This document shows positions 1-11,600 of a DNA stretch of 64,000 bases, piece by piece; the stretch's first letter is position 1; every line of letters begins with the position of its first letter. The position numbers and the translations under genes are program-made. The stretch is taken from contig NC_068986.1 of NCBI RefSeq assembly GCF_001194135.2, positions 109,583,052-109,647,051 on the forward strand, in the 5' to 3' direction. The notes beneath the pieces were generated by a model. It saw only the letters and a program-made list of their open reading frames with translations, ran no database searches and had not been told where the DNA came from. Origin of the DNA: Octopus bimaculoides. Lineage: Eukaryota.

Positions 1-744
1 AAAGTACTGCTATTGTTGTTGTTGATGCAGTGGTGGTGGTGGTAGTGGTGGTGGTGGTATAGTCCATGGTTAGTTTTAGTAAAGAAGACTTAAGTCTTGT
101 AATCAAACCAGCAGTCAAATCATTGGACACAGTCTTCACTTTAAGCACTCCAGATATAACAGCAAGAGGATTATGCTTTACACTCTAATATGCTATAGAT
201 TATCCTATAATATAGATTATCTGATGGACTAAAATTTGCTAAGTAATGACGATCTATATCAGCAACAATTAATCAAAGAATTTACCATGAAGACTGTAGA
301 ACCTGATAATGATTTCGCTCTTTGTCTAAGAATGTGGAAAGGAGGAAAAAACTGCTGTTGTGACTTGGGCTGGAAGCAGTAAAAATTATTCTTACTTGCC
401 GCCAGCACAAATGATGTTTTTTACCTCTTTTCCTCACTCTCAAATGAAGAATAAAGTCTGAAACATTAGACTCTCTGTCCTTCACCTCTTTAATATGCAG
501 TGACCAAGAATAGGAAATGTGGACATGTTAGGTTTTCTCCATTGTCTAGTTAGTGTCTTCCTGAATGTGTATTCAAGGGTTGCTGGTAGTGAGCATAGAC
601 ACAGCAGACAAGATAGACTTAGCCCACACAATTTAAAGAATTAATTTTAAAATAAAGGTTCTTTAATGCTTCAGTTAGAGTTTACAGTTTATTTTGTTAA
701 TGGCTGAGTTATCAGGAGAAGGTCAACATCCACTGGTCTTATTG

Positions 745-1125
745 TGGCACTCCACTGGTTATGACGATGAGGGTTCCAGTTGATCCGATCAACGGAACAG
801 CCTGCTCGTGAAATTAACGTGCTAGTGGCTGAGCACTCTACAGACACGTGTACCCTTAACGTAATTCTCAAGGAGATTCAGCGTAACACGGAGTGTGACA
901 AGGCTGGCCCTATGAATTACAGGCGCAACAGAAACAGGAAGAAAGCGTGAGAGAAAGTTGTGGTGGAAGAGTACAGCAGGGTTCGCCACCACTCCCTGCC
1001 GGAGCCTCGTAGAGCTTTAGGTGTTTTCGCTCAATAAACACACACATTGCCCAGTCTGGGAATCGAGACCGCAATCCTGTGACTGCAAGTCCACTGCCCT
1101 AACCACTGGGCCACTGCGCCTCCAC
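745..1125 (-). mobile_element. tRNA-derived SINE, 'family D', near full length
   Basis: Reverse strand starts gtggaggcgcagtggcccagtggttagggcagtggac with a B-box-like tctcgattcc. Same family at 11656-11803 and 43228-43554. Confidence 0.85.
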
Positions 1126-1898
1126 ACTGGTCTTATAGGATGATCGTGAGAGAGAAGAAGAACCCGTAATTGAAGGTTTATCCTCAACCAGAGACACAGT
1201 TTGAATGCTTGCATTGGAATGGAGCACGATAAAGACAGTTCAATGCCTAGTGGTGGCTTTAAATAGAATGAGGGACTTAAGCAGACTGCCAAGGAACAAT
1301 GCAGCCGTCTGCACAGTTGTGTTGACCTAATTTTACTTACAAGGGCACAGTAGATTGAACAGGGTTTGAACCTGAAACATTGTGATTGCTAAAGAAATAG
1401 CAGCCACATTGTCTTCAAATCAAACTAAGGTCACATTAGGTATTGTAGCCCTAAATGGAGGGTGGGGATATACATGGTTGGAATAACTGATTATAGCATT
1501 GGTCTACAAGGTCAGAATGTCTCCATATATGTCATGTGATGACAAAAAAAAAAGAAAATTACAAACAAAAAACAAAAACTACTTTCATCAGTGATGGTCC
1601 TTATTTCATTGGGAAGTCTATTGTAGTTGTTTGCGCTACCATATTTGCCAGATTCTAAGTCAGACACACACACGAAGGCGATAACTATCTAAATTACAGT
1701 GATCTATAGTTTCAAACAATTTACTCATCTAATTTTCTCTCTCACAGAATATCAACATTATAAGAACTATTTTGCTTTTCATCAGGTTGAGCAGAAACAA
1801 CAGAATTCAAGGCAAATTTTCATGTGGAAATAAATTAGAAAACTGTTATAGCAAGCATTAATATATTTATCTATTTTTCTGATAATAATAACATTCAT

Positions 1899-2327
1899 AG
1901 ATACAGCTAAGGAAATTATTTTATTCTCAAACACAGGATAATGCTAATAATATAGCATGAACAGAATAAACTATTCATATTTTGCAGAAAAATTTTCGGC
2001 AGCCAGCCATGAGACTTGAACTCACATCCCTATGATTACGCGTCAAGTGCTTTACCATTAAGCTAAAACTGCCAAAACAGCAAATTCTTCTGCAAAATTT
2101 AGGATATATAAATCTAGCTTTATAAGACACTATCATACATAAATTTGTTTTGGGCAGTTTAGCTTAATGGTACAGCACTTGACGTGTAATCACATGGATG
2201 TGAGTTCGAGTCTCATGGCTGACTGCCAACAGATTTTTCTGCAAAATATGGATAGTTTATTCTGTTCATGCTATATTATTAGCATTATCCTGTGTTTGAG
2301 AATAAAATTATTTCTTTATAGGTATCT
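1899..2327. repeat. Palindrome with ~185-bp arms, each containing a tRNA-Thr-like sequence (1997-2073 minus; 2153-2228 plus)
   Basis: Arms 1899-2086 and 2142-2327 are reverse complements. Cloverleaf stems are readable: GGCAGTT/GACTGCC, GCTT/AAGC, GTGAG/CTCAT. Anticodon loop CGCGTAA (left) or CGTGTAA (right). Confidence 0.8.
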
Positions 2328-3068
2328 TTCAATACATCTCCAATGCTTCTAAAGCAAACTTTGTTGACTTTCAATGCAAGATGAATTTAACCAACAATAG
2401 CATTCATGTTAATTTTAGAATTACTAATACCACTGCTTCTACTACTACTATGTAAATGCAGTACCAATTGCATAAAACTTGGTATGACTTGGCATGTTCT
2501 CCCCAGGCATATCTGAACCTATTTAGCTACAGGGACTGACAACGAAGTAGATAGAATCATAGCTGGTATACATGTGTATGTATGTGTGTGCGTGTGTGTG
2601 TGTGTGTGTGTAGGTTGGTGGGTGGATGTGTGCCAATAACCAGCCGTAATTTCTTTCTTAAGCACTCTGTAGTTCTGATGTCAAAAAAGATGGACACATC
2701 ATTTGATTGCAAAATAATTTCAACACCTTAAACCAAATGATAGAAAAATAATCTAATGTCATAAGTCTATCATGGAAAGATAATGAGGAATTTATGGGGT
2801 TCATGCCGCACCCAAACAGACTGCTGAACTAATTAACTATCCAAAGCAGTTGTAGCTAATTAAAACAGGTTTCTGATGAAATGCTATTATGATTGTTGTT
2901 TACAAAACTTGACCAAGATGGACTGGTGCAAAGAAACTGGGCCTGATGATATGGATCTGAAGAAATTAAGGTTCCATTTTCTACCCCGAAATCTTGGAAC
3001 TTTGTTGCTCAAATATGAAATAAGTGATACTGCTAGATTAAGACAATTCTGACCCACCAGTTGTGTGA

Positions 3069-3281
3069 CCCTTTAACATTTCTCTATCCAATGTAATCCT
3101 TATTTATTCACATTGTTTTGAATGAATTTTGCATTATCTTGTAGCTTTAAGATTTCAATGATGTGATTGGTTTTCTTAGAATGACATTGTAGGGTAGGTG
3201 TGAGAAGACAGATCTGGTCAGTTTGAATGTAAAACTGGCGGAGTATTCTGGCTGGATATGGTCAGTTTAAATGATACAGGG
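3069..3281. mobile_element. piggyBac-type MITE, degenerate; same family as 28684-28895 in opposite orientation
   Basis: Ends ...cagggTTAA; internal sequence is the reverse complement of the 28.7-kb copy. Confidence 0.65.
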
Positions 3282-4204
3282 TTAACAAGGAAGGATGTTG
3301 ACATAACTTATAAACTTCACTTTTACATATTTCCTCTCCAAGAGTGGTACAAAGATCAAAATTTCAATATTCTAAACCCAATTAAGAAAAATATTTTTTT
3401 ATGCCCAAGATTTTACAGAGAAACCATTTCTATCTAACTTAGTCGCTTCTATTGAGCCATTTTATGGCTACTTGATATTTTAAATAGTGATTGCAGACAA
3501 GAAAAAGAAATGGTGTTTCATAAGAACTTGAGCATGCAATTCTAAATAAAACATGCATAAAGCAATGAATTTTGATATTTTGATGATGGTGGAGGGCAAA
3601 GCAAAATAACACAATACACAGATCATGTAAAATAAAACATCACGGCAATTCTAAGAAAACATGCACCCAGGGGATTACATGGTTAGAAAACTTGTAAGCT
3701 CATACATGGAAACTTCAAAAGAGCATTTTATTCCAGGCACATGTGATTGATGGCATTAAACTGCATTCAAGAATATGGTACCAGTACAATCGGTCTACTA
3801 AAGCAGTTGTTAGTAGGACACTAGTGAAAGAAGCAGCCAATTATATCAGAGTTTATTTAAGTATATACTAGAATATATAAGTAGCTTAAAGTAACTAGCA
3901 AGATATATTCTTTAAGGGGGTTCTTTGATTTGTTGTTGGCAGGGCGTAAGCTCAGGCTGAAGTGACCCCACTTCAAGGTGTATCTGAGCTCATATATAGT
4001 GAAATAGCGTTACCCTAGTTTTATTCTTCCTTAAATAATATTAAGACATGTAGAATGTTTGGTTGGAGTAAATAACAGACCAATGGCTTGTGACAAGACA
4101 AGACATCTGCTTCAGTTTGTATTTTCTTTGTGGTAGTATACTTCCATACCTTAGCCCCTGTCCCACCTCCTAGAACCTCACATGTGTAATACAATTATTT
4201 ATAA

Positions 4205-4620
4205 TATCATCATCATCATCATCATCACCATCATCATCATCATTTAACGTCTGCTTTTCATGCTAGCATGGGTTGGACGATTTGACTGAGGACTGGTGAA
4301 CCAGATGGCTACACCAGGCTCCAATCTGATTTGGCAGAGTTTCTACAGCTGGATGCCCTTCCTAACGCCAACCACTCCGAGAGTGTAGTGGGTGCTTTTA
4401 CATGCCACCTGCACAGTCCAGCGGTACTGGCAACGATCTCGCTCAAATGACTTTTCATGTGCCACTGGCACAAGTGCTAAGAAGGCGACGCTGGTAACGA
4501 TCATGCTCGAATGGTACTCTTAGCGCTCCACTGGTACAGGTACCATCACAATTTCGTTTTCGCTTGCCTCAACAGGTCTTCGCAAGCCGAGTTTAGTGTC
4601 CAATGAAGGAGACGTTGACA
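4205..4620 (-). mobile_element. RTE-LINE 3' tail repeat, 'family C', 5'-truncated
   Basis: (cat)n-catttaacgtctgctttcatgctagcatgggttggacg... Similar copies near 5378-5590, 12800-13000, 14840-15250, 16205-16480, 24899-25237, 26560-26760, 42056-42240, 44363-44650, 46668-47010, 48530-48975, 52398-52497, 56390-56655. Confidence 0.8.
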
Positions 4621-6690
4621 TGGAGGTCATTCATTGAATTTAGTTTGCAATTATTTATAATATTTAATTGTAATACAATTATTTATAATATTTTTGTTTA
4701 GATGAGAAGCAACTGGTTTTATTGTTAGTCAGATAATTACTAATAAAAACTAGCATTGCTAAAATAACAGGAAAAGACATCAAATATGTACAGAGTTAGT
4801 AGATTTATAATATTATTAGACATATATATTTAGCATCAGTGCATCAATTCAATTGCATTTAATACAGAAATACTAACTGAATTGCTACAGTCGGCACAAA
4901 AGGCTGCCAATGTTGATAGCAAAGTCAACCAGGTTTGAAGTTATTTCTACTGAAAGAAGAACTAGAAAATAACTAAAATGTTGCTCACACCCATATCAGT
5001 GTTAAATAGGATTATAATAGACAACAGATTTACATACCAATTCTCCTATAAGGAATTTGGAATAACAAAGCTGGTTCTTTATGATTCTTGAATATGGTCA
5101 GTGTACTATTCTCTACTGCTCTGAGATTCACCAACCATAACCATCATGATCCTACCATGACCATCACCACCTTACATATAATCCACCTGATGCACACATT
5201 TCTTCTTTTACCATATTCCCATTGTTCCCCATATTCATGAACTATGGTCCCTAATCCTTCTTCCCTAATCCTTCTCCCTGCCACAAACACTGTCCAGCAG
5301 AAGCTGAAGCTGAACTTTAGCTACACTGACCCTTATTAGTTGGCAGGAACTATAGACATAAGTCTATTTTCTTCCTCAGGTTGTCAGTACCGCTGGACTG
5401 GCCCTCGTGCCGGTGGCACGTAAAAAGCACCCACTACACTCTTGGAGTGGTTGGCATTAGGAAGGGCATCCAGCTGTAGAAACTCTGCCAAATCAGATTG
5501 GAGTCTGGTGTAGCCATCTGATTCACCAGTCCCCAGTCAAATCGTCCAACCCATGCTAGCATGGAAAGCGGACGTTAAATGATGATGATGAACAAAAATT
5601 AGGGTTGAAAAGGCAAAACATTCTATTCTGTACCTATGGGCTGACTCAAAGAGTTTGATCAGTAAATTCCATGCTAGAAGCTATGCAGCTTTAAGATTTA
5701 GCTATCATTTATATATCTTATACCGATTTATAATAATGTCTGCAACTATTTCACTTTGATCATTATCGGTGTATTTTCTTTTAAGACAGAACAAAAAATT
5801 AATTTCTAATTTTGCCAAAGATACAAATAAATATGAAAGTTAAACATAAGCCATCATTGATGTCTGACCCAGGAACCACAAATGGTTAACATAAACACAA
5901 GGCCACAAATTTTAGGGAAGGTGTAATTGTTTAAACTTTCAAAGTACTTGACTGGATCGTTTTATCAACTCATGAAGAATGAAAGTAAAAGGAAAATTTG
6001 GTCTTGACAGAATTTGATATCAGATCCTAAAGGACTCTAAATACTTTAATGATTCTGCTGCATGACTAACTAATTAGCAAGATGTTTCTCAGTATTATAG
6101 ACATAAAAATGTTTAATGAAAATGTAAAAATATAGAATAATTAATGTCAACAATTTGGAAAATGTACATAAAAAGCAGAGAGATGTTTATCAGAATTTTA
6201 ATAAGATGTGTTGGATATGATATGAAGAAATGATGTTGGTAGAGACTTTGGAAATATAATATTTTAAGGGAAAAGGGAAAATACAGTTATTAGAGAGAAG
6301 AGAAAGCAGAAAATAATGAGTGAAATTTGCAAAATGAGCTGACAGAAATACATGATGGATGAGGGTGAGAAGTGGTCATGCATGGAAAGGTTACGAATTG
6401 AGTAAGGAGATTCACAGAGTGTGACAGAAAATATGTATGATGGGGGTGTGGGGTAACAAGTGTCCATGCTTTGTAAGACTGTAAGTGTTCTTCAAGGTGG
6501 TTAAGAGGTGTTCACATTTCCAGGGTTTTGCAGGGAGAAAACACATGGCTTACAAAAGAAGCCAGAAGACATGGTGCCTTGCACAAACTGAACTGTGGAT
6601 GGTGCAGCAAGAAACAGCAGGTCCAAGAGGAAGAAAAGAGCGGTAATTTACCAAAGAGCTGGAAAGTGTTCAAACATTCAAGCTTCTCAC

Positions 6691-6823
6691 ATTGTTCATC
6701 TTTGCTTCGACCTAATTCCATCACAAGATGACGAACTTTCTCTGGAATCTTGCCTTTGTAACTCTCCAAGATTAAGTGTTTAATCTCCTTGCACCATTTT
6801 ACTTTCTGGTCAATGTTCCTTGC
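6691..6823 (-). CDS. PLEKHG1: RhoGEF PH C-terminal exon ([44 protein letters not shown]); 3' boundary at 6691 or 6652
   Basis: Acceptor cttttttaaag|GCA; PH-terminal Trp helix. Two phase-1 donor candidates: CAAT|gtgaga (6691) and TTTG|gtaaat (6652). Confidence 0.88.
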
Positions 6824-8661
6824 CTTTAAAAAAGATTAAAATTGGTAAATAAATTAACTTCTAGAAATTACCTGAGATATTTATGTATACTTGACATAAA
6901 GAATTGGACAGTTTTTGTCAATTTCTTTTTAAATTCTTGTCTTTTTGTCACCAGAATTATATTGAAATATACCATTTCAACTTATTTTGAAAATAACTAA
7001 GAATTTGAAGGGATTTATTAGTAGGAATAAAGAATAGCTAAATTATTTTCATAATAATTACTGGTGTTTAGAATTAAGATTAGCAATGGACTTAAGGAAT
7101 GGACTTACCTGTAAAGTATGCATTGACTTGGGATTATCAAAAGGGATAACTTGAAAACTAAGAGGTTCCTTTGGAATACTTTCAATCAACATCAGATTAG
7201 CACACTAGTCAAAAGAGACAAGATTGTAGCAAAATTAGTACTTGTGATATCTGAATAAGTTAACTTAGGGGTTTGGTAAAGAGCCCGATAAAATAAGTAC
7301 CTGGCCTAAACAATAAAGTAATGGGATTGATTTGTTTGACTAAACCCTCTGAGACAGTACCCCAGCATGGTCGCAGTCCAATGGCTGGAACAAGTAAAAT
7401 ATGTGAGTGTGTGTTATTTCTTTACTACCCACAAGGGGCTACACACAGAGGGGACAAACAAGGACAGACAAATGGATTAAGTCGATTATATCGACCCCAG
7501 TGTGTAACTGGTATTTAATTTATCGACCCCGAAAGAATGAAAGGCAAAGTCGACCTTGGCGGAATTTGAACTCAGAACGTAGCAGCAGACGAAATACCGC
7601 TAAGCATTTCGCCCGGCATGCTAATGTGTGTGTGTGTACGTATAAAATGGCATGCCATTGGGCAATGCTGTCCAGTAGCATATTGATATTGGCTCTTATG
7701 CAACATGATGTAGCCTGATGATTTGAGAGCTTCTCTGTTGTGTTCTGCAGTATCTTATAAATATTGCGCTTCAATACATATCATGTTACAATGCAATAAA
7801 ATCTCTTAGTGAAATGATTATAGCGATACCATATAATCTATTCATTTGTGTTTTTATTGCTATATGTATGTGTATGCTGCATGTGTGTCCAGTGGTTGAG
7901 ATCACTAATATAAGATGAACAACCGATTAGAGTTCCAGTTGCATTGCTTCTGAATTTCCATGATTCTTTGTCACCATCCAATTCTACTGTTCATTGGAAT
8001 TGGGAGCTTGAGTCATAACGAGTCTTTCCTGAGCTGATCATACACCCATGACCACCACCCCCATGAATACATTACAATTCCTCTCTTGATACAGTTTGGT
8101 CATTCTGATTATTAATCTTCTGGAATTCTTCTGCTCAGCATCAATATGAGAAGTATCATTGGCTCAGCTGAGTTCTTCCACTGCCTCTTCACAATCTGCT
8201 ACACTGCAGACCCATGATTTATTAGTACTTGAAAGATCCAGACTCTTAAAATTCAACTTCTAAACCGGGGCAAATATAATTCCACAAAAGAAGAATTGTC
8301 TGTAAGAACTGCAGAGCTCAAGTGTATAAAAAAAAAATTAAAAAATGGACAAACACATATGTAAGTGGCATTATATCATTTATAAAAAATGTTATATAAA
8401 TGTAACAATAAATAAAATTAACAAAGCAAAAATATGCAAATTAGTGTGCATACTGATGCAATAATATATATTAACCAAGCAGAAATTATTATCAACATAC
8501 AAATATGGAACATCAGTGCCCCAGTATGGCCACAGCCTTTAGGCTGAAACACGTAAAGGAAAGAAAGAAGGAATGAATGTATGTACATACATACATATTA
8601 TAGGAACATTTAATTTATCCAAACATATTACACTTAAATCAACTGAATATAAATGCATATA

Positions 8662-8692
<31 letters not shown>

Positions 8693-11600
8693 TGTATACA
8701 TATATGTTAAGAAGCCATTAACTATTAAAGAGAACTATATATAATTGTAAGCACATTCGTTCTGTGTTTTGATGCATGGAAAAAAAACATAGGAGGGGGA
8801 GTCTCCTGACAGACCATCTCATAATTTGCAGATCACTCCTCAGAGAAGACAAAAATCTTCTTTTCGAATTGATAGCATAACATGTAAGTGTGTGTTTTGT
8901 ATATTGATAATATCGATATTATTGATACAAGCATGATTGAGTTTAAGAGGTTCTCTTCACAACTCCTTGGTTCTAAGAGATTCCATTGTGTAACATTTTA
9001 AGCAAGTATCTTCATTCATAGCTTCAGACTGACCAATACCTTGTGAATGGAATTTGGTTAATGGAAACCTACCATCTGTCTATCTTTCCATCAAATTGAT
9101 CAATGTATCCATGTGTGTGAGTGTGTGCACGCACTTGCATGTGAATGTCTATGTACGTGTATACATCTTCCACCAATTATGTTACCACGGGATACAAACA
9201 CCCATAACAAAAACAAAAATGTAAGACGGAAACTTTATTGATGAAGTTCCCTTGAGATATTTGTTCTGCACTAAGAGACACTCACTCCCTTGTTCTCACT
9301 GTTTAATGGTGACAAGTGATTGGCTTATTGGAAGGCTGTAATCCACACAATTGATCACTTAATTGCAAAACATAATTGATTAAGAATTATAAATAAGGTC
9401 AGAAGATTAGATAATTAAACTTACCTCAATAAAGGTCTTACAACTCAGCATCCCCTCTTCTTTTTTCTTGGCAATAAGTACAGCTTTCTCAAACAAAAAC
9501 ACATGTCGATACGTTTTGGTCCCACAGAGCCGAAAGGATCCCTGTGAAAAACAAGAAACAAAAACCTTTAACAGATAGTATTATATTTGTAAATTCAGCA
9601 TCTTTCCACTGAACTCCTCTCACAAATGAGAATACTATAAATGAACCTGACCAGAATTCTTGTCTGGTACTGGATTGATCCCCAAATCTAATCAGTTCGT
9701 GCCAGTCACGAGGCCAAACATCCCTGAAAGTTTCATTTGAATCCATCCAGTGGTTCTTGAGATATCTTGTCCACGGACAAACAAGCAAACACAACTGAAA
9801 ACAATACCTCCGCTTTCGCTAAGGTGGAGGTAATAATAATAATGATGATGATGGTGATGGTGATGATGATGATGAAGATGATGATGATGATGATTATAAT
9901 AGACAATTATTCCTGTGGTAATTTGTGCACTTGGCACAACATCCAACTGAGAATTACATTGCTAACCTGCAAAAAAATGCCATTCTATATTCTTCAAGAG
10001 TCCTAAGAAAGATTCTTGAGATTTAAGAAGACTTGTTATCACCAAACCGCAATTCCTGTTAATTGAATTAGTGTGCACTACCTTGATAATAATAACAACA
10101 ACAGCTGGTATAAATGCTGGTTGGTTGTTTTCTCCAGTAATGCTTTACATCATATATATATAGAGAGAGAAAGAGTGAAAGAGAGATAATATAAGAGGGA
10201 CAGGATAACTGCACCATCTAGGCTTGGTGGCAGGCAATGAGTAAAGAGATGCTACAATACAGAAATAGAAAGAATCAAACAGAAGGGAGAAAAGAAAACA
10301 AAAGAGAGAGAGCGTGTGTGTGTAAAGAAAAAAGATGTACAGTAAGGTTAAAACAATTATTATAAAGCTTTTAGATGAATGAAAAGGCAAATAAGTGATG
10401 TATTTCATTTAGATATATTGAATATTTTGAAATTAAAATCTAACTCGTTTACTAACTGGGAGCTATTCCAGGAAAATGAAAAAGCATCTGTAAAGTGGTT
10501 GGTGTTAGAAATGGCATCAAGCCGTAGAAACCATACCAAATTAGACAATAGAGTACAATGCAATTCTTGGGCTCATTGGACCCTACCAAACCATCCAACC
10601 CATTCTAACATGGGAAATGGATGCTTAGTGATGATGATGACAGTAACTAACCTCTAAAACAAGGTCTCCTAATGTGGTGAGATCAGCTCCATCATATTCC
10701 AACAATTGACTTTGAATTTCTTGGACATGTACTGCATGTTCGTGCTTGCGTTTCATTTCGTTAATGTGTTGTGCCATGCTAGTCATGTGGTTCAACGCCT
10801 GGCACAAAACATTATAACCGATTCTTTCTTCATCGTAATGTTTTAAGATGTTCTGAAAATAGAAGAGGAAAAGAAAAGAAATAGAGAAATAACAATAACA
10901 TTTTTTGTGAACGCAAAGCATATAACGCTGTATTGGATGTGGTTACATACCACTAATCACAGTGCACTTTCTCGCATTGTTGGAGCTTTCAAATGAACCC
11001 CCCCCCCACTGGTTAGATAAGCAGGTTGGCCATCTTTCCCTCCTAATGGAATACTAATCCATTCCAGAGTTACACATTTACAGCTGATTGTAATCTTGAA
11101 ATGAGAAGAATATATTGGTTGGTTGTGGTTCTAAAGGTATTTTATGGGGAGTGGGGAGGAGGGATGATTACAGTTCGAACTTATTTGGACACTAGTCTGC
11201 TTGGTCAGAGATGACTTAGGATTAAAGAGTAACAACATAATTCATCACATTTTACTTGTTAGCATTCAATATTTCAATGTTTCTAATTTACCTGAAGAAG
11301 AAGATGGTATTTGAGTACACGCTGCACTGGTTTCAGTAAATAAGCTCCCAACGGAAGAACATGACTGAGGATCAACTGACGCTGTTTGAAGATGTCGGCC
11401 AGATTTTGATGAGACATGCAATTCGTTAGAGTTTCTACAGCACTGTTGAAATGTAAGACAATGATTAATTTCAGGTGTAAACTTGTTGGGTCCATCAAAT
11501 ACATACACATATAATAATAGAATATAATGAGATTACAGTATAAAGTTCTCAGGTGTAGTACAACTTAAATCAGAAAAGGTTAAAAGAGGGGACAGAAAGG

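Noticed and set aside
393-489. Possible downstream RhoGEF exon (VKDRESNVSDFILHLRVRKRGKKHHLCWRQ; donor CAA|gtaaga)
   Set aside because: The phase is compatible, but the acceptor is weak and there is no recognisable homology, so it is not supportable without RNA data.
745-1125. SINE heads as real tRNA genes (also 17281 and 48449)
   Set aside because: They have A/B boxes but no complete acceptor stem, and they continue into multi-copy SINE bodies.
1580-1655. Possible exon SGKYGSANNYNRLPNEIRTITDE on the minus strand
   Set aside because: No polypyrimidine tract and a poor donor (A|gtagtt).
9692-10006. Poly-His/Met/Tyr/Ile ORFs (also 47537-47863, 53397-53597, 61672-62021)
   Set aside because: Translations of (GAT)n, (CTA)n, (AAT)n and (TA)n microsatellites.
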